This document shows, piece after piece, positions 1 to 10,074 of a stretch of DNA of 64,000 nucleotides. The notes beneath the pieces are model-generated. The model made no database searches and was not told the origin of the DNA. It saw only the letters and a program-made list of their open reading frames with translations. The translations under genes were made by a program, and so were the position numbers. Location: IMG/VR virus record IMGVR_UViG_3300005066_000001. One strand, given 5' to 3'. This DNA is from a virus. The first letter of the stretch is position 1; each line of letters starts with the position of its first letter.

Positions 1-394
1 GTCGCCGTCTTTGTGATTTACTTCTGGTAAATTGTCAGGGTTAGGTATAAACGCACAAGCAATTACCCTGTGCAATCTTACCTTTTTATAAACCCCTTCA
101 GTATTTTTCATTGTTACAAAACAATACCCTGCTTTATCTATATAGACTTTTAATCTTTTCCAGTTAGGGTTGATAACATAACCTTCTTCATAAATTTTAT
201 AATTAGGATATTCATTTAGTTGTGTAAACATATATCTCCTTAGTTGCTTCGCTGCTGATTACCCATTGTACATCTTGACAATTTTCAAACTTTCACACCT
301 AATGTTACCATTTATGTTGTAGTTTGTCAAGCTTTAGGGCTTTCCAGCAATTCACCTAATTTTCGATATACATTACTGTATAAAGGAACTATTT

Positions 395-1480
395 TTAATT
401 CAACATTTGACCAATAGCTAAGATACCTTTTTCATACCTGAATTGATCAACACCGAGGGCTGTTGCATACTCGGAAAAACCTGTGAACAGCTCTTGCATC
501 TGTCCGCCATTCATAACCTCTTTACCAGCTACACTCATCTGAACGAAACCTTGGGCCGCTGTCTTCAAATCAAGGCCCAGTCTATAAGCTTCGTCTCTAA
601 TAAATTGAATTTTAGAAGCTGTCTCAGAGGTACTGTCAGAGGTCATCGACATTGCAGCATTGATACCTTCAAACATCTGTCCTGTTCGCATAACTGCTGC
701 ACCACCAGTAAATGCAAGGTTTGCTGCTGTCAAGGCAATGAACGCTGAACGGACTTCCCGTAATGTTCCGAGGAAATCTCTACCACCTGCACTGGCTCGC
801 TTGAAATCACGCTCTAATGCTGCTACACTTTGTCTATAAACCTGTAAGCTAATTGCACCAGATTTTAATTGAGCATTCAACGATGCTATTTGTGAACCCA
901 TTGCTGCATTTCCAGCACCACCAAACATACTGGTGCGTCTGATGTTTCCCGCACTAATGGTCTCTTGTGCTCTTGCAGATCTATTAGCTTCATTTCGTTG
1001 ATTTCGTATTGCTTCTCTACGAGCAATCAGCATATCACGAGAAGGCATAGGGCCCATGAATTGCCCTGCAATCTTATTCTTAAATTGTTCTTGTCGTTTT
1101 GCTTCAGATTCTTGCCTGCGAGCATCAATCTCTCTTAATTTCCTAAGGGTATCATTATGCTTTTTTGTAGCTGCCTCTGTTTGTCTTGCAATTCGTGCCT
1201 GCTCTTGGACAGCTTTCTTTGCTTCCCGTTGCTGCATTTTAGTATTGGTTCCGGGAGAAAATGGCATAGGGCCGACAAATTGACTCTTGCTGCCTCCACC
1301 TCCCCTGCCAGATGTTCCTGCAATCCTACGTCCAGCAGACATAGTAGAACTGATTTTTCCCTGTACCTTTGCCCACTCTGCGCCAACTTTTCGTATAGCC
1401 ATTAATGCACGTTTATACGAGGCATTATCAACCTTGAATTGAACAATATTTGTGATTTTGCTCACATTTATTTCTGTCAC
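395..1480 (-). CDS. hypothetical virion/tail-associated protein (coiled-coil, Gly-rich)
   Basis: 361-aa ORF at distal end of the structural block. Charged coiled-coil stretch and two copies of an F[VM]GPMP[FS] motif. No family recognised. Confidence 0.3.
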   Translation of the reverse strand: MTEINVSKITNIVQFKVDNASYKRALMAIRKVGAEWAKVQGKISSTMSAGRRIAGTSGRGGGGSKSQFVGPMPFSPGTNTKMQQREAKKAVQEQARIARQTEAATKKHNDTLRKLREIDARRQESEAKRQEQFKNKIAGQFMGPMPSRDMLIARREAIRNQRNEANRSARAQETISAGNIRRTSMFGGAGNAAMGSQIASLNAQLKSGAISLQVYRQSVAALERDFKRASAGGRDFLGTLREVRSAFIALTAANLAFTGGAAVMRTGQMFEGINAAMSMTSDSTSETASKIQFIRDEAYRLGLDLKTAAQGFVQMSVAGKEVMNGGQMQELFTGFSEYATALGVDQFRYEKGILAIGQMLN

Positions 1481-1506
1481 TTTTCCTCACATTTATATTG
1501 TTGTGA

Positions 1507-1545
1507 AACAAAATAAGCCGCCACCTTTTCAGGGGCAGCCTAAGA
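1507..1545 (-). terminator. putative rho-independent terminator (minus strand)
   Basis: On minus strand GCUGCC...GGCGGC stem (one G-U pair) followed by UUAUUUUGUUU. Lies between two minus-strand genes. Confidence 0.35.
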
Positions 1546-1558
1546 GCTTACTTACAAA

Positions 1559-1846
1559 TTATTTACGTTTATTCATACGTTCTATTTCATCATTTTGAAC
1601 ATTATGAGATACATTCTCAAGGAAATCCTTCATCTTCAAAAACTCATTTAATGCCAATAAGTCAGTAAAATACATATTGTCTACTGATTGTACTGTCTCG
1701 TTTGTTGAAGATATCACGTTGAACCTAAGAAAATCTATCCAAGTCAGTTTAGTATTTTTACTAACATAATCTATTGCTATTTTTACAATAGGGTTCATTT
1801 TAACTTTGGACTTACGGACAACTAGAGCTACTTCTTCTCTGCTCAA
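1559..1846 (-). CDS. hypothetical protein (tail module)
   Basis: 95-aa ORF with tight stop/start overlap (ATGA) with the upstream gene. No motif recognised. Confidence 0.4.
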   Translation of the reverse strand: MSREEVALVVRKSKVKMNPIVKIAIDYVSKNTKLTWIDFLRFNVISSTNETVQSVDNMYFTDLLALNEFLKMKDFLENVSHNVQNDEIERMNKRK

Positions 1847-2286
1847 GCTTTCTTGTTCAAGGTTTGATCCAGATTGGCTACCTTCAGACCGTTTGCCAGA
1901 AGATCCTTGAGCTGGGTCAAACCCTTCTTGAAAAAACTTGAGAAGTAAAATTCAAGGCAAACAATCATCAACTCCAGAGCACACTCTGGTGACAACTCAT
2001 CTAAATCCACTTTTCCTTGTCCGCCTTCCCCTGTACAAGATGATGTCAACAAACCAAACAGCTTCTCAAAACCATCATCTTCTAACTCACCACACAAGTA
2101 AAGCATAGAAGCAGGGATTACTTCCGAGAGGCGTTCACCACCCTGCATTGCTTCCGTTAATGTAGCAGAAACAGGAGCAAATAGCTTGCCCAATTTAAAT
2201 AGATTGTTGTATACTTTTCGTGTAGTCCAAGGTTCAAGGATATACTCTTTGTTATTACTAAGTTTGACTTCTTTAATTTGTGACAT
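1843..2286 (-). CDS. hypothetical protein (position compatible with a tail assembly chaperone)
   Basis: 147-aa acidic ORF immediately downstream of the sheath/tube genes. The call rests on gene order alone. Confidence 0.35.
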   Translation of the reverse strand: MSQIKEVKLSNNKEYILEPWTTRKVYNNLFKLGKLFAPVSATLTEAMQGGERLSEVIPASMLYLCGELEDDGFEKLFGLLTSSCTGEGGQGKVDLDELSPECALELMIVCLEFYFSSFFKKGLTQLKDLLANGLKVANLDQTLNKKA

Positions 2287-2352
2287 TATGAAAATCCTTT
2301 AGCTTTGTAGTTAAATTCGTTTATATTACGTGATACTATAATTATTATTATT

Positions 2353-2382
2353 GCCAAAAAGAGGGTGCCATTTCTGACACCC
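2353..2382 (-). terminator. rho-independent terminator downstream of the tail tube gene (minus strand)
   Basis: Minus-strand GGGTG-TCAGAAATGG-CACCC hairpin followed by UCUUUUU. Confidence 0.45.
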
Positions 2383-2425
2383 AACTACATAGCAAACTTT
2401 ATTATATTAATTTATATTATTGTAT

Positions 2426-2899
2426 TTATACGATACCCAAGAAACCTGCTGCTGCACCAAGAACACCAGTTGCAGTAGATGGTGCATACCAGCAATCCAA
2501 AACATAGAGTTCCCAATCCAACTGACCTACTTCTGACCCATAAGTGAGATCAGGTTGACGTTGAATATTTGCAAAAGATGCAATAGTGGGGCCTTGAGAC
2601 CCTTCAAGTAGGATAGGGAACCATACCATGCCTGTAGCATCTGCTTGTTTTTGCCAAGCACTCAGATAATCATTATATCCAGAGGTATTCTGAAGGCTTA
2701 GTGTAAGTACGCCAGAACGGTCACGAGAAAGGGCGGCAGAAGCCTCCCCATCAGTGCCAGTCATAGTCATGATATTATCACTATTACGGCTTACAGTAAT
2801 CTTAGTATCTGGTGCAAAGCCGTATGCACGGACACCGCCCAAGTAAAGCTTGACGTTCTTAGGGTCATATGCTTGCAAGGAAAGTAGTTGTGTAGACAT
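2426..2899 (-). CDS. tail tube protein (myovirus-type)
   Basis: 157-aa ORF directly downstream of a 464-aa sheath-like gene, the conserved sheath-then-tube order. Size and beta-rich composition are typical of FII/gp19-like tube proteins. Confidence 0.5.
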   Translation of the reverse strand: MSTQLLSLQAYDPKNVKLYLGGVRAYGFAPDTKITVSRNSDNIMTMTGTDGEASAALSRDRSGVLTLSLQNTSGYNDYLSAWQKQADATGMVWFPILLEGSQGPTIASFANIQRQPDLTYGSEVGQLDWELYVLDCWYAPSTATGVLGAAAGFLGIV

Positions 2900-2923
2900 T
2901 GTTTATTATCTCCTGTTCAGCAA

Positions 2924-4318
2924 TTAAGCAGTAATACGGTCAAGTTCAACGAATGCACGGATCTTGATAAAGTGCAGACTGTTGTTGTAAACTACCTCGA
3001 TACGGCAGTTGTCAAGGAAGCGAGCTGCAAGATCGTTAGTTGGGATCTGATTGCGAGGCGGAATCACGATGATCGGGCTGTAATCTGTCTTACCATCTGA
3101 ACTAAACCCATCGAGAATACCACCATTGCGGATTGCTGGATTGATTGGGTCATTCAACCAAATGCTGCGCAATACAGGAAGGTCTTGGTCAGACATCTTC
3201 ATACTTTGTCCCAAGTTGCTACGGCGATAGAGGTAACCGAATGTGCTCTCGTCAATCTTAGCACTAAACCAATGGCTAAACCGAATAGTATCGAAATACT
3301 GACCTGAAGCTACCTTACCTTCCCAAATAACATTTTGACCTTTTACAGTACGATAAATGTTACCATTCTTATTCCAAACAGTTTCACGATCAGTAACAGA
3401 AGTGCTATAGACTCTAATAGAAGGCATAGTTTTTAGGTGTAACGAATCACCAAAACTTGGGTCAATAGTTGCACATGCACCAACAATACCACCTTCACTC
3501 CAATCTTCATCAGCATCTGGATGATAGAAACCAATTGAAGTATCGTATGCTAGAGCTTTCAATTCAGACATAATATCAGTGGTTGATGCAGGATTGATAA
3601 TATCTGCATCAGCAGAGCTATAAACATGCATACGGCTAGGTTCAGCACTAGCGGCATAAGCAGCAGCAGCCTTGATGTCAGTATCGGTATGACTTTCGGT
3701 ACTCAGGAAATACCAATTACTATCTTCAGTATTAATCAGCGGTAGGCCAACAGCTACAGTTTCAGAACTGGTGTTGTTGATTACATACTGACCTTCCATA
3801 GAATAACCAACGCTCACAACTTGAGATGCAGTAGGTTCAATGGTTACTACTTCAGCAGCGGAAGAGGCAGTTACCAATGCCCCAATATCTGTGTCAGCTT
3901 CAAGTGCAGCGGCAACAGCAGTAGCTGCTTGTGCAGGAGTAGATGCAGCAGATAGGGAGGCAGTAGAGATGACCTTAACAAAAGAGCTGGTGTTTGTCTT
4001 GACAGTAACGTTCAGAGTCAGAACACCTGAATAAGATGCTTGATTATAAGTCACAGTTGTGCCAGTATAAGCAAGTCGCCCAACTTTAACTACATCAGGG
4101 CGGAACTTACCAGCAAAACAGTTTTCAGCAAAACGATGAACTGGACTACCTACAGCAAAACCAGCAGAAACAATACTATCAAGATCGCTATAAGACTGAA
4201 CTCGTGTAGTAAAGACATTAGTAGGTGTAACGAAAAGGGGGGTATCGAAGCCTAGTTGGTCGAGGGGACTAGTCGAGAGACTTACGACCACATCGACAAC
4301 TTTATCCTTATATGCCAT
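2924..4318 (-). CDS. tail sheath protein
   Basis: 464-aa Ser/Thr/Ala-rich protein upstream of the tube gene and downstream of the neck genes. Typical size and position for a contractile sheath. Confidence 0.5.
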   Translation of the reverse strand: MAYKDKVVDVVVSLSTSPLDQLGFDTPLFVTPTNVFTTRVQSYSDLDSIVSAGFAVGSPVHRFAENCFAGKFRPDVVKVGRLAYTGTTVTYNQASYSGVLTLNVTVKTNTSSFVKVISTASLSAASTPAQAATAVAAALEADTDIGALVTASSAAEVVTIEPTASQVVSVGYSMEGQYVINNTSSETVAVGLPLINTEDSNWYFLSTESHTDTDIKAAAAYAASAEPSRMHVYSSADADIINPASTTDIMSELKALAYDTSIGFYHPDADEDWSEGGIVGACATIDPSFGDSLHLKTMPSIRVYSTSVTDRETVWNKNGNIYRTVKGQNVIWEGKVASGQYFDTIRFSHWFSAKIDESTFGYLYRRSNLGQSMKMSDQDLPVLRSIWLNDPINPAIRNGGILDGFSSDGKTDYSPIIVIPPRNQIPTNDLAARFLDNCRIEVVYNNSLHFIKIRAFVELDRITA

Positions 4319-4397
4319 GAATATTAATCCTCTTTATTTATGGATTTATTAAGTTTGTGTATTTAAATTTGATAGGTTTGTACAAGGTATTCTTGAT

Positions 4398-4940
4398 TTA
4401 TGTTTGAACAATAACTCCACTCTCGACTGTATCTACTGGATCTTTTATTCCTAGAAGAATTCTAATTCTTTCTAAATCTTCAAATGCTCCATAATCACCA
4501 TCAACAAACAATACATTAAAGACTACAACAAAACGCGCCCTGTCCTCAAAAGTTTGATAATCGATTGGTACTCGTTGTTTCTGAGCATCTGTGCAAGAAG
4601 CAAAAGCAAATCTTGGATCTTTAAAATAATCTGTATTAATCCAAGGAAGATGAAGAGAATGTTTTATTTTTGAAGCATCATTTAATGTATCACCTTTACA
4701 AACTGTAATGATGAAGTTAACTTGACTGTTCCAACTTTGCCTTACAAAACCGTTGTCATCTAATTCTTCGTTAGAATGCCAATTAGGGTCTGCAATAACT
4801 GATTGTTCAATCATTACATAATCATCAGTTTGTTTAGGGATTACAGATTCACCCACCAATACTAATTTTCTATTTGTTACTGTTTTTATAAAGAAACCTA
4901 ACTTGTTGGTAAGGTCTTGAATTAATGTTTCATCATGCAC
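4398..4940 (-). CDS. hypothetical neck/tail-completion protein
   Basis: 180-aa ORF between the head and tail genes in the same transcription direction. Confidence 0.35.
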   Translation of the reverse strand: MHDETLIQDLTNKLGFFIKTVTNRKLVLVGESVIPKQTDDYVMIEQSVIADPNWHSNEELDDNGFVRQSWNSQVNFIITVCKGDTLNDASKIKHSLHLPWINTDYFKDPRFAFASCTDAQKQRVPIDYQTFEDRARFVVVFNVLFVDGDYGAFEDLERIRILLGIKDPVDTVESGVIVQT

Positions 4941-4949
4941 TAAGACTCC

Positions 4950-5369
4950 TTACTCAAAAGCACTTGGTTCTAAGATAACTAAATATTGATAACGTGGAAC
5001 ACCAGTATAAGGAAAACTAAGAGCACGTAATACAGTAAACCACAATTGCCTACCTGTAACACTACTCAGTTGTATTTGGTCACTCATAATTCCTGTACCA
5101 TCAATGCCAACAATCAAAGGGTCTGATGTCCACAAATAATATGATTCGTAGCTCTTTAAACCTGCCTCAGATAATTGGCTTTCAAACTTCTTAACAGCAT
5201 CACCAGTCAAAGGTTGAACTGAGCACTTATTAATTGTTTTACTTGTAAGAGTTATTGTGTTATTATCATTCTCAAAAGGACTGTCGGGGTTTTTTACCGA
5301 GGATCTTGAACGTGCATTCAATGTAACTTGAGGCAAAAGTGTGTTAGACCCAATTAATGAATAACTCAT
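4950..5369 (-). CDS. hypothetical head-tail joining protein
   Basis: 139-aa ORF; stop/start overlap (ATGA) with the upstream gene at 5369. Confidence 0.35.
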   Translation of the reverse strand: MSYSLIGSNTLLPQVTLNARSRSSVKNPDSPFENDNNTITLTSKTINKCSVQPLTGDAVKKFESQLSEAGLKSYESYYLWTSDPLIVGIDGTGIMSDQIQLSSVTGRQLWFTVLRALSFPYTGVPRYQYLVILEPSAFE

Positions 5370-5875
5370 TAGAATCTACCTCCTTTGCTAAAATTATACT
5401 CCGCATTCTGAGTAACTTTGTATTTACAGGAGTCACGAAGATCTGAAAAATGAATCATCGCATCATCAAAGCCTTTTACTGCTGCCCATGCTGGACTAAC
5501 CTTCGGGTTAGAGAAAGTTCCAGCATCGATAGTAAATTGAATAGACTCAACGTACTTCTGACCTACAACCTTCAATGCAGTTTCTGGCATCTTTCCTGCA
5601 ACCACAATACTTCTGTAAACATTCTTAATTAATCTGGGAAGTTCATACTTGAAAGATAAAGAGCTGGTTAACATCACATTACGTTGAGGAAGATTCCCGT
5701 AGCCAAACTCATGGATATTCATCAGTTGTGCTGTTGTCATTCCAGAATAATGTGGGTCATCATAGAAACCAGCTTCAACTTGTGTTTTAACTAATTGCTG
5801 TAGCCTTTTCTCAAATCTTCGTAAACCTGACATATCCATTTTTGTTGTAGCTTTCATTTTAATCATATTCTGCAC
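5369..5875 (-). CDS. hypothetical head-tail joining protein
   Basis: 168-aa ORF in the neck region, translationally coupled to its neighbours. Confidence 0.35.
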   Translation of the reverse strand: MQNMIKMKATTKMDMSGLRRFEKRLQQLVKTQVEAGFYDDPHYSGMTTAQLMNIHEFGYGNLPQRNVMLTSSLSFKYELPRLIKNVYRSIVVAGKMPETALKVVGQKYVESIQFTIDAGTFSNPKVSPAWAAVKGFDDAMIHFSDLRDSCKYKVTQNAEYNFSKGGRF

Positions 5876-6413
5876 CTAAGTGATAAATATAATTAGTGTC
5901 TCGTGTACTGCTTTCTTCATTATATTTTACTATTGAATCTACACGATTCCAACCACGACTATCAGGGTTCTTACGGATATCATCAACAATACTTTGTCGT
6001 ACACCACCAACAATAATAGTCAGTCCTCGACTGGATAGAGAAGGGTCAATATATTCTGGGTTTTCTGTAATATAATTAAGCAAATCCTTCCATGCTTGAA
6101 TTTGGGATCCACCCTTTACCGAGATTTGCTCTTGCCCAATCTTTTCTGTTCTTTCTGTATTATATCCACCACTCATTGTTGATTTTGCAATCAACCATTC
6201 AAGGCAAGATACGCAAACATTCCAAAGGACAAGTGGCAATTTTTCAGGGTTATTTGTTAAATCAAAATATAAAGACCATCTGTTGTAAAAAAGAACAATA
6301 ACATTGTCCGGCAGAATATCTGTAGGTAAACCACCCAAGATTATTCTTACGAACTCAATGACTTCCTCTTGGGTCATGGTATTACTCCAAATAATATAAA
6401 TAACATAGGACAT
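5859..6413 (-). CDS. hypothetical head-tail connector/adaptor protein
   Basis: 184-aa ORF in the neck region downstream of the capsid gene. Confidence 0.35.
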   Translation of the reverse strand: MSYVIYIIWSNTMTQEEVIEFVRIILGGLPTDILPDNVIVLFYNRWSLYFDLTNNPEKLPLVLWNVCVSCLEWLIAKSTMSGGYNTERTEKIGQEQISVKGGSQIQAWKDLLNYITENPEYIDPSLSSRGLTIIVGGVRQSIVDDIRKNPDSRGWNRVDSIVKYNEESSTRDTNYIYHLGAEYD

Positions 6414-6452
6414 ATTAACATAAAATTAAAAAAATATCAATATGTTATAAAA

Positions 6453-6845
6453 TTATTTAGTAGTTTTTCTAGTCCTTGCTGATGGTTTCTTTTCTACTTT
6501 TTCAACAACCTCTTCTTTGACTTCTTTTGTCTCTTGAGAATTACTTTCTTTATTGATATTTTCTTTTAGTTTAATCTGATAATCTAGATTAGTTACATAA
6601 GAATAAAAATTGTCTCTCTCGATTCCTACATTGGAGTCAATCCAATCAATAAATGTAGTACGGTCATAGATGTCTACATAAGTGTCATCTACCAATAGTC
6701 TGTAACTAAACATACCACCAATGTAGCTTTTATCCATATCAATATTGATACCACAAACTTCTTTCAAACCAAGGATAAAATTTCTTGGGTCATATGCTTT
6801 GAGTATCTTGTATTCTTCGTTGTATGTATACAAACTTTCCTCCAA
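6453..6845 (-). CDS. hypothetical protein with Lys/Glu-rich C-terminal tail
   Basis: 130-aa ORF immediately downstream of the major capsid gene and its terminator. Confidence 0.35.
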   Translation of the reverse strand: MEESLYTYNEEYKILKAYDPRNFILGLKEVCGINIDMDKSYIGGMFSYRLLVDDTYVDIYDRTTFIDWIDSNVGIERDNFYSYVTNLDYQIKLKENINKESNSQETKEVKEEVVEKVEKKPSARTRKTTK

Positions 6846-6880
6846 ATAATAAAACCGCCACCCTTGACAGGGGGCGGCTT
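6845..6880 (-). terminator. rho-independent terminator after the major capsid gene (minus strand)
   Basis: Minus-strand GCCGCCCCC-loop-GGGUGGCGG hairpin followed by UUUUAUUAUUU. Typical strong terminator after a highly expressed capsid gene. Confidence 0.55.
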
Positions 6881-6911
6881 ATGTTTTAGACTATAATACC
6901 AAACTAACTTA

Positions 6912-7952
6912 TTAGGTCAGGTGGATAATAGTAGCAGGTTTGGTTGCAAAGTACAGAGGGCTGGACTCTACTTCCATGCGATGTTGGGTATCATCAGCGG
7001 CGCGATATTCGAATGCAAACATCTCGTTACCACCTTGGTTAGCCAGAGACAGCTTGTTGGCTGGGCCAAAGTAACCACGATACAGACCATCAGTGTTACG
7101 AGGAATAGCAATACCTTTACCAGCACCAAGAACTTGCTGAGTACCACCTACAGTGTCGAAGGAGGGGTTGTATGCAATAAAACGAACACCACGATGTTCA
7201 AAGAAATCAACAACACCAAAATCGAAGTAGCTGGACAGGTCATCACGGAGACGCTGAACACCACTGTTTACATACATGTTGTAAACTTCACGGAACTTAG
7301 GATTAGCAATGATTTCATCAAACAGTGCATGGTCCAGAATGAAGTCAATACCAGAAACACGGTGGCCTTTACCTGCACCAGCAAGCTTACGTTTGACAGT
7401 AGCAATATTCTTATCAAGGTCTACAGAAGCGTTACCGGTATCAAGGTCAACAGTATAATCAGCAGCAAGGTTCAGACCAAACTCGGAGTACATGTCAACA
7501 ATAGTGTTACCATCACCATCTTTGGTTTGACCAGTCAGAGCGGAGAATTGCAGGAATTCATGAGTCTGATCCATGTTCAGACGCAGATCAAGAAGTTTCT
7601 CTGCACGAACACGGTCAAGGGCTTCTGCCATATCTGCTTCGCCGGGACGACGCTGATCTTGTACATCTTGGACAGTAATGTTATCAAAATGCTTGAAGTA
7701 AGGCAGTGCCAGAGCAAAAGTCTTAACAACACGGTCTTTACCTGCCACACCTTCATTATGGCGGCGGTCTGCCTGACCTAGAACTTTGATATCAGTTTCA
7801 GTACGGTCAAAGGTAATAGAAGTTTGAGAAGTTGGTTGAGTACGGAAGTAACCTTGGGACTTGATAAACCCAAATTGGTTATCAAGCTCCATAATCTCCT
7901 GAGTCCAGTCAGTGATTTGGTTAGCATTAGTAAAGCTATGAGTTTGAGCCAT
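6912..7952 (-). CDS. major capsid protein
   Basis: 346-aa ORF directly downstream of a scaffold-like acidic coiled-coil protein and followed by a strong terminator. Composition and size fit HK97-fold capsid proteins. Confidence 0.55.
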   Translation of the reverse strand: MAQTHSFTNANQITDWTQEIMELDNQFGFIKSQGYFRTQPTSQTSITFDRTETDIKVLGQADRRHNEGVAGKDRVVKTFALALPYFKHFDNITVQDVQDQRRPGEADMAEALDRVRAEKLLDLRLNMDQTHEFLQFSALTGQTKDGDGNTIVDMYSEFGLNLAADYTVDLDTGNASVDLDKNIATVKRKLAGAGKGHRVSGIDFILDHALFDEIIANPKFREVYNMYVNSGVQRLRDDLSSYFDFGVVDFFEHRGVRFIAYNPSFDTVGGTQQVLGAGKGIAIPRNTDGLYRGYFGPANKLSLANQGGNEMFAFEYRAADDTQHRMEVESSPLYFATKPATIIHLT

Positions 7953-7971
7953 TTAAATCTCCGTTATTATA

Positions 7972-8349
7972 TTAAACTTGTTTAACTACTTCAATGCCTT
8001 TAGCGGCAAGGGCAGCAGAGGCGGTATCGATATCGGCTGAAACTACAGCGTCAGCAAAAGACAGTTTGGAGCGACCTACTTGAGAAGGGCCACGAACCAG
8101 AACAACCAGTTTATGGTCGCCTGCGGCTTTGTCATATACACGGTCATCTACCAGAACAGCTACAGCATTGGCTACATTAGCTTTTGCTACCCAAACATAC
8201 TTACCAGCAGAAAGTTCCAGCACAGCACCAACAGGCATGTTAGCTGCAACAGTAACGGTAACTTCTTGACGGCAGTAACCAGTAGTAGGCATGTATTCAT
8301 GCTTAAGAACGTCACCAACCTTGGTTTTACGAGTTGCGATTTGAGTCAT
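7972..8349 (-). CDS. hypothetical head protein (possible decoration or accessory protein)
   Basis: 125-aa Ala/Val-rich ORF between the scaffold and capsid genes. Confidence 0.3.
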   Translation of the reverse strand: MTQIATRKTKVGDVLKHEYMPTTGYCRQEVTVTVAANMPVGAVLELSAGKYVWVAKANVANAVAVLVDDRVYDKAAGDHKLVVLVRGPSQVGRSKLSFADAVVSADIDTASAALAAKGIEVVKQV

Positions 8350-8362
8350 TATTTCCTCTTAA

Positions 8363-9433
8363 TTATTTCTTTTGTTTGCGGGCTTTCAGGATTTCAGCAA
8401 CGCGACTCTTGGATTTTTCAAGGTCGGTATTAACTTCTACTTCAGCTTCAATACCAGCTTCTTTTTCTACTACTGAACTCATAGCTTCTTTAGCTTTTTC
8501 AAGAGTATTCATTACCAGAACAGAGGCTTCGGATTTGAACAGTGCGTCAGTCAGAGCAACAGCTTCTTCTTCGGTTACAAAAGAATAGCCTTTAAATACT
8601 TCTAGCATTTGTGCTTTATCTGCTTCTTCTTGAGCTTTAATAAGTTCAAGCCGCTCTTGTTCTGCTTTTTCTTTTGCTTTTTCCAGTTGTTCAATACGCT
8701 CATTTTGTTGCTTAGTTGCTTTTTCAATTTCAGCAGCGATGAGAGCTTGAACTTCACTGGATTTCAAGATTTCTTGATTAATTTCCAATGGGTTCTCCAC
8801 ATCTTTAGATTTATTAACGTTAATATCATCAGAATCAGCAACAATGGAGGTGGATGCTTTTTCCAAAGATTCTTTAAATTCTGTTACAGCTTTGAATAAT
8901 TTGAGCTGTGCATCAGCTTTATTAACAGACTTTGAAACAATTTCATACAGACCAGTTTCAAGTTTGTCTTCAGCTTCCTCGGAAAGCTTGACTTTACCAT
9001 CAACAATCATATAATCTGTAATCTGAACAACAGGGGCGGCTGTGGAACCAACAGTTACAGCACCATCTTCGGTCATAGTAAAAGATGTCACCATCATTTC
9101 CCAACCGTCATAGTCACCAGTGGAAAAGTAGACTTGACCATCTTTCCAATCTTCAACACACAACCACTCATCTTTATCGCAATAAGCTTCTTTAAGCGCA
9201 TTTTGTAGAAGCATAGATTGGTTTTTCATGGACATGGCTTTTTGGATTTCTTCTGGGAAATTCTCAACACCAAACTTTTCAATTGATTTCATGATTTCAT
9301 CAGTCAATTCGATAGTGTCAGATTTCATAAGCAAAGAGATATGTCGGTTGTTTGCACTACCACCTTGCCCTTCATGACAAATGGCAAGATGAGGTGTCTT
9401 TTTAGCACCATCTTTTTTAATATCTAGTTTCAT
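8363..9433 (-). CDS. head scaffolding protein
   Basis: 356-aa highly acidic, Lys/Glu-rich predicted coiled-coil protein (EAEVEVNTDLEKSKSR..., IEQLEKAKEKAEQERLE) immediately upstream of the capsid gene. Confidence 0.5.
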   Translation of the reverse strand: MKLDIKKDGAKKTPHLAICHEGQGGSANNRHISLLMKSDTIELTDEIMKSIEKFGVENFPEEIQKAMSMKNQSMLLQNALKEAYCDKDEWLCVEDWKDGQVYFSTGDYDGWEMMVTSFTMTEDGAVTVGSTAAPVVQITDYMIVDGKVKLSEEAEDKLETGLYEIVSKSVNKADAQLKLFKAVTEFKESLEKASTSIVADSDDINVNKSKDVENPLEINQEILKSSEVQALIAAEIEKATKQQNERIEQLEKAKEKAEQERLELIKAQEEADKAQMLEVFKGYSFVTEEEAVALTDALFKSEASVLVMNTLEKAKEAMSSVVEKEAGIEAEVEVNTDLEKSKSRVAEILKARKQKK

Positions 9434-9918
9434 TATTCCTCATCATAAGGGTCGAAGGTCACATCGGTAATTTCACCTGTTTCTTTGTCGATAGAACCAC
9501 GAGCGCCAATGCTGACGCCTTGGATAATTCCAGCTTTCTTTAAAAGCCACAGATCGGAGTCATTGTATTTTGTCTTGACTACCCATGTACCCGCTTTAAT
9601 AGGTTGATTAGTAGCTTCAACAACTACATCAATTTCTTGTTGGATCCACGATTTTTCAATGGAAAACAAATCTGTATTAGCAAAATGGAACAAATTAGGT
9701 TTGACGTTGCCAAGTTCAAGATTTTTGTTGAAATTTTCGCAAGCCTTAGATACAGTCTCTTGCGACATCCACTCCCCATGAGCATCTTTGGTGTCGGGTT
9801 CGTAGACTACTTCATATGCAATCATTTCTTCTTTGACTTGAGTCTCAGAGACCTTCTTTGTTTTATTTTTGGTAAGGCACTTTGAGGTAGAAGTTCCCTT
9901 TGATATAGTACAAGGCAT
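9433..9918 (-). CDS. hypothetical head morphogenesis protein (candidate prohead protease)
   Basis: 161-aa ORF between the portal and scaffold genes, the usual protease position. No catalytic motif recognised. Confidence 0.25.
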   Translation of the reverse strand: MPCTISKGTSTSKCLTKNKTKKVSETQVKEEMIAYEVVYEPDTKDAHGEWMSQETVSKACENFNKNLELGNVKPNLFHFANTDLFSIEKSWIQQEIDVVVEATNQPIKAGTWVVKTKYNDSDLWLLKKAGIIQGVSIGARGSIDKETGEITDVTFDPYDEE

Positions 9919-10074
9919 TTAATTTACACCCCATTAATTAAATTGTTAACTTTCATAACATAAAAGTAATCTTATCATAAAATTTTAAAATTTTCAAGAA
10001 CTTTTTAAATAAATGTTTATTATTTACAAAGATTTAGGGAGAAATGTTGAAATTCTCCCTAAAACCTAAGCCAA

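Noticed and set aside
443-1405. Several plus-strand ORFs (443-748, 1056-1283, 1157-1405) inside the 395-1480 gene
   Set aside because: They lie antisense to or overlap a longer minus-strand ORF. They have Cys/Leu/Ser-rich low-complexity composition typical of the wrong frame in AT-rich DNA.
6921-7781. 286-aa plus-strand ORF antisense to the major capsid gene
   Set aside because: It lies entirely inside the much better supported minus-strand capsid gene. It has odd Cys/Asn-rich composition and no RBS, so it is an antisense artefact.
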